55,729 nucleotides of DNA, taken from NCBI GenBank assembly GCA_019752795.1, contig JAIELS010000049.1, forward strand, positions 1-55,729. The letters are read 5' to 3'. A program made the translations under genes and the position numbers. Below the pieces are notes generated by a model. It saw only the letters and a program-made list of their open reading frames with translations. It searched no databases and was not told the origin of the DNA. Positions 9,200 through 18,088 of the stretch are shown here, one piece after another. The DNA is from Sphingobacteriaceae bacterium. GTDB lineage: Bacteria > Bacteroidota > Bacteroidia > Sphingobacteriales > Sphingobacteriaceae. Numbering within the stretch: position 1 is the first letter of the stretch; each line of letters opens with the position of its first letter.

Positions 9200-11647
9200 C
9201 TAAAATTTCAAATTTAAATTTAACATCAAGTTGGTACCCGATTGTGCAAAGTAAAAATTCTCTGTTGTTAATGCACCACCGCTAAAGTAACCATAAGTGT
9301 AACCATTACTTTCATATTTTTTGTTAAATATGTTATTCGCCAATAAAGCAATATTTATGTTTTTTAACCCTTTATACTTAAAATCATAAGCTAAGCGAGC
9401 ATTGTTAATCCGATAAGCATTTAATTTACGAGCATTGTTTTGGGTATTATCTAAATACTGCTTGCCTACATATTTGCTTTGTAAGGCAATTGCAAATGAT
9501 TTTATAGGAGTGTAAATCAGCTCTCCAGATACTACGGCGTTTGGAGAAAAGGAAATGTCGGTGCTTTTATAGTTATTTACAATTTGACCACCATTGTCGT
9601 AGTCATCAATAAACTCAGTAAAGGCATTAATTTTATTGCGACTAATGGCAACATTGGCAAGTAATGAAAATTGATTATCTAATTGATAAGTTAAATCTAA
9701 CTCCACACCAGCTCTATAACTTTTAGCAACATTTTGACGATAATATTCGCCAACATCATTAATTTTCCCAGTAACTACCAATTGATCTTTGTACCACATC
9801 CCGTAAACGTTTATGCCAGCCGATAAATTGGATTTTTTGAAGCGATAACCAGCTTCTAAATTGTTCAATCGCTCAGACTTGGGTAAATTTCCAGTTTCAA
9901 TATTCACATAATCATCGCGTCCTGGTTCTTTATTGGCCACGCTAAATGAGGCATAAATATTGTCGTTTGCATTAATAAAATACGTAGCGCCAACCTTAGG
10001 GTTAAAAAAGTTTAAATTATCTTTAATATCTAATTGGTTTAAATTTTTCTCAGTTCCTAAAATATCATAATGAATACGGCGATATTGTAAATCAGCAAAA
10101 ATATTTAACTTTTCAACTGGGTTAAAATTGGCTTTTAAATAAGAATTAAAGTCAGTTTTAAATCCATTGTTATCATAATAATGTCTATCGTTGTTACCGT
10201 TACTTCCGTATTGCGCATAAATTACCTGCCCAAAGTGCGCACCTTTATATTCGTTATAAGCACCGCCCAATGTTAGTTGTAATTTTGTTTCAGGCTTGTA
10301 AGTAAAAGCATAAGTAAAACCGTAAAAATCATTTTCTAGCCAACGTCGTCTAACTAAATCAGTTCTAGTAATGGTGGTATTTCCTATAACTACCGGTTGT
10401 AAACCATAATTGGTTAGCTTTTGCGCTTCCTTAAACTCTTCGTAATAACCTTTCCCTTTAGTGTAGTGTAAAGCACCGTTAAATGAGAAACTGTCGCTGA
10501 ACTGCTTGGCATAAAGCATCTGATAGTGGTCTTGCCAATAGTTATCAGTTTGTTCTTTGTAGGTAAAACTGTTGTAGGTTCTGCTTCCAGAGTTTAATAG
10601 GTTTGCTGCATCTGCCGGATTTAAACTATTTCTTCCAATATAAGCATTCATTCCAGTCACATCTCCATTTAATCTAGCCTCAGGAATTCCATTCCAAGCC
10701 TGATAAGTTTTTTCGCTTCCAGAAAACACGTTAATTCTTAATAAATCGGTTTTACCGTGATATGCTCCAGAAATAAAATAAGATTTTAAGTTAGATGCCG
10801 CTCTGTCAATAAAACCATCAGATTTGATGCGAGACAAACGTGCATCGAAAGTAAATTTATCGTTAATTAAACCCGTGCCAACTTTTACAGTATTTTTCCA
10901 AGTATTGAAAGAACCATAAGTATTGTTTAAATCCGCATAAGCATCAGTTTCGCCAGCACTAGTTTGAATATTTAAACTCCCACCAAAAGCACCTGCACCA
11001 TTTGTTGAAGTACCTACGCCACGTTGAATTTGAACATTATCAACTGATGAAGCAAAATCGGGCATGTTTACCCAAAATGTACCTTGACTTTCACTATCGT
11101 TATATGGAATTCCATTTAAAGTAACATTTATTCTCGTGGCATCACTTCCACGAATTCGGATACCAGTATAACCAACGCCCGCACCAGCATCTGAAGTTAT
11201 AACGACACCAGGCGTGTTATCTAAAAGGAAAGGTAAATCTTGACCAAAATTATTTTTAGCAATCGTTTCTTTATCGATGTTTTTGTAGGTGCTTGCAGAA
11301 TTTGCCGACGCTCTAGTTGAACTTACCACAATCTCATTTCCTAAAAAAACGAGTTGATTTAATTTAAAATCTAGCTTATTGTCTGCTTGTAAATTAACCT
11401 CTTGTTCTTGTGTTTGATAACCTAAAAAGCTTGCAGAAATCAAGTAATTTCCTGACGGAAGATTTTTAAACTCATACTTGCCATTCCCATTGCTAGTGGT
11501 AGTGAAGTTTTTACCTTTCAATCGGATTGTTGCGCCAGGTAAAATAGTGTTGTTTTTTTCGGCAACTGTTCCCGAAATGTTGAATTGAGCCATCGTTAGG
11601 ATTGGGCACAATAGCGTAGCCAGAGCTACCATCATTAATTTTTTCAA
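9200..11647 (-). CDS. TonB-dependent receptor, probably thiamine uptake
   Basis: Signal peptide, CarboxypepD_reg-like N-domain, plug (IRIRGSDATRINVTLNGIP), C-terminal Phe; directly downstream of a TPP riboswitch. TTG start. Confidence 0.9.
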   Translation of the reverse strand: MKKLMMVALATLLCPILTMAQFNISGTVAEKNNTILPGATIRLKGKNFTTTSNGNGKYEFKNLPSGNYLISASFLGYQTQEQEVNLQADNKLDFKLNQLVFLGNEIVVSSTRASANSASTYKNIDKETIAKNNFGQDLPFLLDNTPGVVITSDAGAGVGYTGIRIRGSDATRINVTLNGIPYNDSESQGTFWVNMPDFASSVDNVQIQRGVGTSTNGAGAFGGSLNIQTSAGETDAYADLNNTYGSFNTWKNTVKVGTGLINDKFTFDARLSRIKSDGFIDRAASNLKSYFISGAYHGKTDLLRINVFSGSEKTYQAWNGIPEARLNGDVTGMNAYIGRNSLNPADAANLLNSGSRTYNSFTYKEQTDNYWQDHYQMLYAKQFSDSFSFNGALHYTKGKGYYEEFKEAQKLTNYGLQPVVIGNTTITRTDLVRRRWLENDFYGFTYAFTYKPETKLQLTLGGAYNEYKGAHFGQVIYAQYGSNGNNDRHYYDNNGFKTDFNSYLKANFNPVEKLNIFADLQYRRIHYDILGTEKNLNQLDIKDNLNFFNPKVGATYFINANDNIYASFSVANKEPGRDDYVNIETGNLPKSERLNNLEAGYRFKKSNLSAGINVYGMWYKDQLVVTGKINDVGEYYRQNVAKSYRAGVELDLTYQLDNQFSLLANVAISRNKINAFTEFIDDYDNGGQIVNNYKSTDISFSPNAVVSGELIYTPIKSFAIALQSKYVGKQYLDNTQNNARKLNAYRINNARLAYDFKYKGLKNINIALLANNIFNKKYESNGYTYGYFSGGALTTENFYFAQSGTNLMLNLNLKF

Positions 11648-11714
11648 TTTGTAAATTTGTTTTAGTTAAACCTGCCAAAAGTAGGGGTACTCCCAGCTTT
11701 AGTTAACTCCATAA

Positions 11715-11892
11715 ACCATTCCCTACGCCAGCATTACCCGGATCAGGTGCATTTAAAGCTAAGAGCCGAAAGCTTAAAGACTAAAGTTTGGTTACCCAGG
11801 GCTTTTCGCTTTTTGCTTTTCTCTTTCTACTTTAAAATGGGTATGTTCTCAGCCTTTATTTGTGTTTTTTACAAAACAAGGCACCCCTTATT
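11715..11892 (-). promoter_or_regulatory. TPP riboswitch with a large insertion
   Basis: Minus strand reads AGGGGTGC..GGCTGAGAACATACCC..[insert]..ACCTGATCCGGGTAATGCTGGCGTAGGGAA, i.e. all THI-box core motifs. Promoter TACCTTTG at 11907-11900. Confidence 0.92.
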
Positions 11893-11965
11893 GATGCAAC
11901 AAAGGTAAGGCAAAAGACTTGACATTAAAAAATGTTTGATGAAATATTGAATTCGAGCCTGTGAA

Positions 11966-12493
11966 TTAGCTCATTAGAAAATTATCAATTGTATGTACTG
12001 CGTTTTGTAAACGATTTTCTATTCCATTTACCACAACATAATTTGCGTTTAGTGCTTTTAATTCTTTGTGCCAAATTTCCATAAAATGTTCACGCATGTG
12101 TGGAAAATCTCTTAAAGGATCTTCCTGCCAAGGTAAATCTATATCTAGCAAAAGATAAAAATCATAAGGTCTTTCTGTCAATGCATCTATTACAATTTGT
12201 GGCGTTTCACCAAAAAATTCGTCGCTCCAAATTTTTACAGTTAAAAACGTAGTGTCACAAATTATAAAATCTGTTTGTGCAGTTGCTAAAATAGATTCTT
12301 CTAATGCAACTTGACCATGAAACATATTTATTTCATCCTGCAAGTTACACTCCTGCTTTAGGGCTGCGCAATAATAACGAGCGTATTCTGGTACCCAAGG
12401 CACACCATAATGTTTGGATAATGCAATAGACATGGTAGATTTTCCAGTACTCTCTGGGCCAACAATTGCTATTTTCTTAATTGTTTTGTTCAC
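11966..12493 (-). CDS. NadR-like P-loop kinase/ATPase (AAA_28; ribosylnicotinamide-kinase-like domain only)
   Basis: GPESTGKS Walker A, VPEYAR, CDT and PWQEDPLR motifs; overlaps pnuC. Confidence 0.85.
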   Translation of the reverse strand: MNKTIKKIAIVGPESTGKSTMSIALSKHYGVPWVPEYARYYCAALKQECNLQDEINMFHGQVALEESILATAQTDFIICDTTFLTVKIWSDEFFGETPQIVIDALTERPYDFYLLLDIDLPWQEDPLRDFPHMREHFMEIWHKELKALNANYVVVNGIENRLQNAVHTIDNFLMS

Positions 12494-13100
12494 GATAAGT
12501 TTTTTTCCAATCTAAATAACCCATTGTAGCAATAAAGATGTATAATGCATACATTAATCCAGTTGCATACAAATCTTTAGAAAAATATACACCAACATAA
12601 ATGGCATCTACAAAAATCCAAATTAACCAATTTTGTAGTACTTTTCTCGCTAAAAATACTTGAGCAATGAGGCTACAAGCTGTACAAAAACTGTCTATAA
12701 ATGGAAATGAAGCATCAGTGTTTTTATGTAATAAAAAGCCTAAAGCCAAAGTAAATATAATAATTCCCGCTGTAGAGAAAAGAATTTCATTTTTCGTTAT
12801 TAAACTTATAGGTCTAGTTTCTGTTTGATTGTTTTTCTGTTTACTCCAATAATACCAACCATAAATATTCATGCCAAAAAAGTAAAACTGGAGCCCCATA
12901 TCCGCATATAATTTACTTTCAAAAAAGATGAAAATATAAATGAGGACACTAACAATTGCAATAGGCCAGTTCCAAATGTTATTTTTTGCTGCCAACCAAA
13001 CGCAGAGTATACCTGTAATAACGCCACACCATTCTAATGGGCTAGTCCCGAAAATAAACTGAGATATATTTTCTTTAAAAGCATCGGCTATTAATAACAT
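12477..13100 (-). CDS. pnuC: PnuC-family vitamin transporter (nicotinamide riboside or thiamine)
   Basis: NIWNWP, YGWYYW, PFIDS and NWLIWIFVD motifs. Confidence 0.9.
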   Translation of the reverse strand: MLLIADAFKENISQFIFGTSPLEWCGVITGILCVWLAAKNNIWNWPIAIVSVLIYIFIFFESKLYADMGLQFYFFGMNIYGWYYWSKQKNNQTETRPISLITKNEILFSTAGIIIFTLALGFLLHKNTDASFPFIDSFCTACSLIAQVFLARKVLQNWLIWIFVDAIYVGVYFSKDLYATGLMYALYIFIATMGYLDWKKTYREQNN

Positions 13101-13184
13101 AAATCAAAAGTATAAATTAGATTTTACTATGCGTGTTGAAATCAAAAACAAAAAGTGAAAATTATTTTGCCGTCGGTTTTAAAC

Positions 13185-13305
13185 AAAAAATCCGGCAGGG
13201 AACAACCCCTACCGGAAAATAAACCAAACAAACTATTTATGAAGAATACCCTCATTTCTGAGGATGCTTTAAATCATTTTATTACAAATGAAACGCACTT
13301 CTATA
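13185..13305 (-). ncRNA. Candidate small RNA
   Basis: sigma54-like motif at 13331-13315, GAAA-capped hairpin, U-rich single-stranded stretch and a strong terminator CCGGTAGGG..CCCTGCCGG-ATTTTTT with no upstream same-strand gene to terminate. Confidence 0.6.
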
Positions 13306-13614
13306 AACTCTTAGTACAACATTGTTGCCAATTTCTTTAAAATGTATAATTCATGACTATTTGATGACGACTAAGGTTAAATTAATTCAATTAGTGATTT
13401 TTTAAAAGACGTTTGACCTAAATAACAATACAGTTTTATGATTGTTTTAAAATTTATTTGCTTTTAATTTAGGACAGCAATCGGGATGATATGAAAATTT
13501 TTTAAAACATTTCTGTTTTGAAGACGTTCTTAAATGTAATATCATTAATTTAAAAAAACTAGATGGAGAAAACTTACGCTTAATTAATAATAAGTTTAAC
13601 TAAAAACTAATATC

Positions 13615-13932
13615 ATGAAAAGAGCGAGTTTAAATTTTTTAGCCGTTGCAGGTTTATCATTAGGTCTATTTGCATTCGGATCAATTAAAGAGGGTGGCAT
13701 TCAAGGAAAAGTAACGCCTCCAGAAGGAGCTAGGGAAGTTGTTGCCATTGCCGGTACAGATACTTTAAGAGCTCAAATGAACAATGGCGATTTTGTATTT
13801 AGTAATGTAAAAAAAGGCACTTATACTATTTGGGTTAAAGCCAATGCACCCTATAAAGATGCTTCAGTAGAAAATGTAGCAGTTACAGATAGCGCTACTA
13901 CAAATATTGGAGAAATAAAATTAATACAGTAA
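13615..13932 (+). CDS. Small secreted protein with carboxypeptidase regulatory-like domain
   Basis: Signal peptide and a GIQGKV..GDFVFSNVKKGTYTI beta-sandwich pattern. Confidence 0.75.
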   Translation: MKRASLNFLAVAGLSLGLFAFGSIKEGGIQGKVTPPEGAREVVAIAGTDTLRAQMNNGDFVFSNVKKGTYTIWVKANAPYKDASVENVAVTDSATTNIGEIKLIQ

Positions 13933-13948
13933 TTTATTAATATTTGTT

Positions 13949-13983
13949 AAAAAGAAAGAGGGCTACGTGCCCTCTTTCTTTTT
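13949..13983 (+). terminator. Intrinsic terminator
   Basis: AAAGAAAGAGGGC-TACGT-GCCCTCTTTCTTTTT. Confidence 0.88.
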
Positions 13984-14139
13984 ATAATAAATTTTAAAAT
14001 AAAACAATCATTTCTCCTCTCTAAAACTTATCTTTGCATCCCGACGGAGCAGTTGGGATATTTCATTTATAGCACAGGAATTCTCCCAGCTATCAGTCAA
14101 AATTTGACTATTTACTTTAGACTTTTTTAAAAACCCACA

Positions 14140-17037
14140 ATGCCTAAAGACACCTCAATACGCTCAGTATTAATTATCGGATCAGGACCTATCATTATTG
14201 GCCAAGCTTGCGAGTTTGATTACGCTGGTTCTCAAGCTGCACTTTCTTTAAAAGATGAAGGAATTGCAGTTTCTATCATCAATTCTAATCCAGCAACAAT
14301 CATGACCGATAAAGTTATCGGAGACCATGTTTATTTGTTGCCTTTAACTTTAGAATCAATTGAACAGATATTAACTGACCATGCAACTGACCCAAATTTA
14401 CCAAAAATTGATGCTGTTTTACCTACAATGGGCGGACAAACAGCACTAAATCTTTGTGTTGATGCAGAAGAACGCGGGATATGGGAAGCACATGGAGTAA
14501 AAATTATCGGTGTAGATGTTGCAGCAATAGAAAAAACAGAAAATAGAGAGTCTTTCCGCCAGTTAATGGTTGATATAGGAGTTGGTGTTGCGCCTTCAAA
14601 AATTGCCAACTCATTTCTAGAAGGAAAAGAGGCCGCTCAAGAAATTGGCTATCCATTAGTAATTCGCCCATCGTATACACTTGGCGGTTCTGGTGGTGGA
14701 TTTGTACATAAAAAAGAGGATTTTGATGCAGCATTAAAACGCGGATTAGAAGCTTCGCCAACTCACGAAGTTTTAGTGGAAAAAGCTGTTTTAGGCTGGA
14801 AAGAATATGAATTAGAACTTTTAAGAGATAGCAATGATAATGTAATTATCATTTGTTCAATCGAGAATTTTGATCCAATGGGTATACATACAGGAGATTC
14901 GATTACTGTTGCTCCTGCAATGACTTTGTCTGATAGATGCTACCAAGATATGCGTAATCAGGCGATAAAAATGATGCGTGCTATTGGTAATTTTGCTGGT
15001 GGATGTAATGTTCAGTTCTCTGTAAATCCAGATAACGACGATATTATCGCAATTGAAATTAATCCACGTGTTTCGCGTTCATCAGCCTTAGCAAGTAAAG
15101 CAACGGGTTATCCAATCGCTAAAATTGCTGCTAAATTGGCAATTGGTTATAATTTAGATGAACTCGAAAATCAGATTACGAAGACTACTTCAGCATATTT
15201 TGAGCCAACTTTAGATTACGTTATCGTTAAAATTCCTCGTTGGAATTTCGATAAATTTAAAGGTGCAAATACGGAACTAGGCTTACAGATGAAATCTGTA
15301 GGTGAAGTAATGGCAATTGGCCGAAGCTTTATCGAAGCCTTACAAAAAGCAACCCAAAGTTTAGAAATTGGCAGAGCAGGATTAGGTGCTGATGGCAGAA
15401 ACAATAGAAGTATTGAGGAAATAATGCACGGTTTAGAACATCCAAGCTGGAACAGATTGTTCTTGATTAAAGATGCAATGAGCATGGGTGTGCCTTTAGA
15501 GTCTATTCGTAAAGTAACCAAAATAGATAAATGGTTTTTAACTCAAATACAAGAATTAGTAGGCTTAGAAACTGAACTTAAACGCTACTCTTTAAACAAC
15601 ATACCAAAAGACGTATTCTTTAATTTAAAACAAAAAGGATTTTCAGATATACAGATTGCTTATGTTTTAGGTAATGTAACTGAAGATGAAGTTTACAATC
15701 GCCGTAAAGAATTAGGTATTAGAAGAGTTTATAAAATGGTTGATACTTGTGCAGCAGAATTTGCAGCGCAAACTCCTTATTTCTATTCTACTTTTGAAGA
15801 AGCTCCAATACAGATTTCGATGTCTAGTGATGAGATAGTCTCAAATGGAGAGGGATTAGGAACAAATGAATCAATAGTTTCAGATAAGAAAAAAGTAATC
15901 GTTTTAGGTTCCGGTCCAAATAGAATTGGACAAGGGATTGAGTTTGATTACTCTTGTGTCCACGGTTTACTTGCTGCAAAAGAAACCGGTTTTGAAGCGA
16001 TTATGATTAACTGTAATCCAGAAACTGTATCTACAGACTTTAATATGGCCGATAAGCTGTATTTCGAGCCTGTTTTTTGGGAACATGTACGCGAAATTAT
16101 TGAACATGAAAAACCAGTAGGTGTAATAGTTCAATTGGGTGGACAAACAGCACTTAAAATGGCTGAAAAGCTACATGAGAATAACATTAAAATTATTGGC
16201 ACTTCATATAATGATATGGATATTGCCGAAGATAGAGGACGTTTTTCAGATTTATTAAAAGAATTAGAAATTCCTTATCCAAGATATGGCGTGGCAGAAA
16301 ATGCCGAAGAAGCTATTGTTGTTGCAAATGAAGTTGGTTATCCGGTATTAGTTCGCCCAAGTTATGTATTAGGCGGACAAGGCATGAGCATTGTAATTAA
16401 TGATGAAGATTTAGAGAAAGCCGTTGTTAAGTTGCTGGGGGATTTACCAGGTAATAGAGTATTAATTGACCATTTCCTAGATAGAGCAGAAGAAACAGAA
16501 TCTGATTCAATTAGTGATGGAGATGATGTGCATATTGTTGGTTTAATGGAACACATTGAACCCGCAGGTATACACTCTGGAGATTCTAGTGCAGTTTTAC
16601 CTCCTTTTACCTTGTCAGAGAAAGTAATGGAAGATATGGAGGCTTACTCTATAAAAATTGCCAAAGCTTTAAATGTAATAGGTTTATTAAATATTCAATT
16701 TGCTGTTAAAGATGACAAGGTGTATGTGATTGAAGCAAATCCGAGAGCATCTCGTACTGTACCGTTTATCGCTAAAGCTTATGACGTACCATACATTAAT
16801 ATTGCTGCAAAAGTGATGTTAGGCGTAAACAAATTAAAAGACTTTAAAATTGAACGTAAGTTAACAGGTTTTGCAATTAAAGAGCCAGTTTTCTCTTTTG
16901 ATAAATTCCCTGAAGTGACGAAAGAATTAGGTCCTGAAATGAAATCTACTGGCGAAGCAATTCGTTTCATTAAAGATTTACAAGATCCTTATTTCCGTAA
17001 GATGGTAAGAGAGAAATCTCTCTACTTGTCTAAATAA
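14140..17037 (+). CDS. carB: Carbamoyl-phosphate synthase large subunit (lacks the C-terminal MGS domain)
   Basis: GSGPIIIGQACEFDY, INSNPATIMTD, two ATP-grasp halves and GPEMKSTGE; ends about 25 aa after that motif. Confidence 0.96.
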   Translation: MPKDTSIRSVLIIGSGPIIIGQACEFDYAGSQAALSLKDEGIAVSIINSNPATIMTDKVIGDHVYLLPLTLESIEQILTDHATDPNLPKIDAVLPTMGGQTALNLCVDAEERGIWEAHGVKIIGVDVAAIEKTENRESFRQLMVDIGVGVAPSKIANSFLEGKEAAQEIGYPLVIRPSYTLGGSGGGFVHKKEDFDAALKRGLEASPTHEVLVEKAVLGWKEYELELLRDSNDNVIIICSIENFDPMGIHTGDSITVAPAMTLSDRCYQDMRNQAIKMMRAIGNFAGGCNVQFSVNPDNDDIIAIEINPRVSRSSALASKATGYPIAKIAAKLAIGYNLDELENQITKTTSAYFEPTLDYVIVKIPRWNFDKFKGANTELGLQMKSVGEVMAIGRSFIEALQKATQSLEIGRAGLGADGRNNRSIEEIMHGLEHPSWNRLFLIKDAMSMGVPLESIRKVTKIDKWFLTQIQELVGLETELKRYSLNNIPKDVFFNLKQKGFSDIQIAYVLGNVTEDEVYNRRKELGIRRVYKMVDTCAAEFAAQTPYFYSTFEEAPIQISMSSDEIVSNGEGLGTNESIVSDKKKVIVLGSGPNRIGQGIEFDYSCVHGLLAAKETGFEAIMINCNPETVSTDFNMADKLYFEPVFWEHVREIIEHEKPVGVIVQLGGQTALKMAEKLHENNIKIIGTSYNDMDIAEDRGRFSDLLKELEIPYPRYGVAENAEEAIVVANEVGYPVLVRPSYVLGGQGMSIVINDEDLEKAVVKLLGDLPGNRVLIDHFLDRAEETESDSISDGDDVHIVGLMEHIEPAGIHSGDSSAVLPPFTLSEKVMEDMEAYSIKIAKALNVIGLLNIQFAVKDDKVYVIEANPRASRTVPFIAKAYDVPYINIAAKVMLGVNKLKDFKIERKLTGFAIKEPVFSFDKFPEVTKELGPEMKSTGEAIRFIKDLQDPYFRKMVREKSLYLSK

Positions 17038-17074
17038 GTTGTAAGTCTCAGTTTGTTAAGACAAACATATAGAT

Positions 17075-17108
17075 AAAATCCCTTAACAATTACGTTAAGG
17101 GATTTTTT
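17075..17108. terminator. Bidirectional terminator carB / DUF3137
   Basis: AAAATCCCTTAAC-AATTAC-GTTAAGGGATTTTTT between convergent genes. Confidence 0.88.
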
Positions 17109-17131
17109 GTTTTTAAAATTAAAAATTTGGT

Positions 17132-18088
17132 TTAAGCTTTTGTCCAAATTCTAGTGTTTAGGTCTAATTCGTGAACGATATCGTGCATAAAAGATAATAC
17201 AGATAGATCTTCATCTAAAAGATTTGGCTTTAATAAAGTTTTATAAATTGGTGGTTCAAAATAATTTTTAGCCAATGGGAAAGCGATGTACATATTAGCG
17301 TTAATAAATGATAATGAAATGGTATTAGAACAACGCTGGTTTAGCACTCCAATTCTTTCCATTAAAGCAGGCGTTAAGATATAGCGGGCTTCAATTTGAT
17401 CATTACTATAAACGACAAAATTTTTGTTGAATTCATCATTTTCTAATTCTACCACATTTTTATCTCCAAAAGAGTACACATTTTTAGCAAACCAAGCACC
17501 AAGCGATGCACCAAAGTCTTTCGGTCTTATGATGGTTATACCATTAAAGTGCTTGTTAAAGTCTCCTACAAAAATGATTCCCTTAAGTATATCATGCCAA
17601 TGGGTTTGCTTACCATTTTTGGTTTGAGTTTCTGTTTTGTACTCTGCATGTACTTCTGCAAAATAAAAGCTTGTTTTATCTATTTTACCTGTTATTAAGT
17701 CCTCTGTAAAATACCTATCTGGAGTAGTAGGAAAAAGCTGCGAAAATCTAAATTCAGTTTCAGAAATCCCATCATTTGGGTTTATTGTTAAATTTGGATC
17801 TATATTTCTTAGAGCAGCTCCAATTACATCATTTTTAAATCTACGTTTATAAATAGCTGCTTCTTTAGCTATTTTATTTAATACAACTATTCCATATATA
17901 ATAATGGCTCCACCTGTAATTAGACCAATAATTAATCCACCAAAACTTGCTGCTACAAATATGGAAATAACACCAACTAATATGGCGCCCCAGCCCTTAA
18001 TGTTTGTAGAAGAAATGTGTTTACGTTGAACTTCTAACTCAACTAAAATAGCTTCAACAGCAGGGTTAATTGTAAAATTTGTTGGCAT
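17132..18088 (-). CDS. DUF3137-like membrane protein
   Basis: Two N-terminal TM helices; DFNKHFNG, FVVYSNDQIEARYILTPALME and LDLNTRIW motifs; coupled to lemA. Confidence 0.75.
   Translation of the reverse strand: MPTNFTINPAVEAILVELEVQRKHISSTNIKGWGAILVGVISIFVAASFGGLIIGLITGGAIIIYGIVVLNKIAKEAAIYKRRFKNDVIGAALRNIDPNLTINPNDGISETEFRFSQLFPTTPDRYFTEDLITGKIDKTSFYFAEVHAEYKTETQTKNGKQTHWHDILKGIIFVGDFNKHFNGITIIRPKDFGASLGAWFAKNVYSFGDKNVVELENDEFNKNFVVYSNDQIEARYILTPALMERIGVLNQRCSNTISLSFINANMYIAFPLAKNYFEPPIYKTLLKPNLLDEDLSVLSFMHDIVHELDLNTRIWTKA

Noticed and set aside
13155-13340. 61-aa ORF on the + strand
   Set aside because: It starts at GTG and runs through a minus-strand terminator. Only the shorter 13239-13340 frame is kept, as an alternative reading under the sRNA finding.
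16960-17037. CarB ending without an MGS domain as a possible pseudogene
   Set aside because: Clean stop followed by a terminator and intact catalytic motifs; short CarB forms are, to my knowledge, usual in this phylum.
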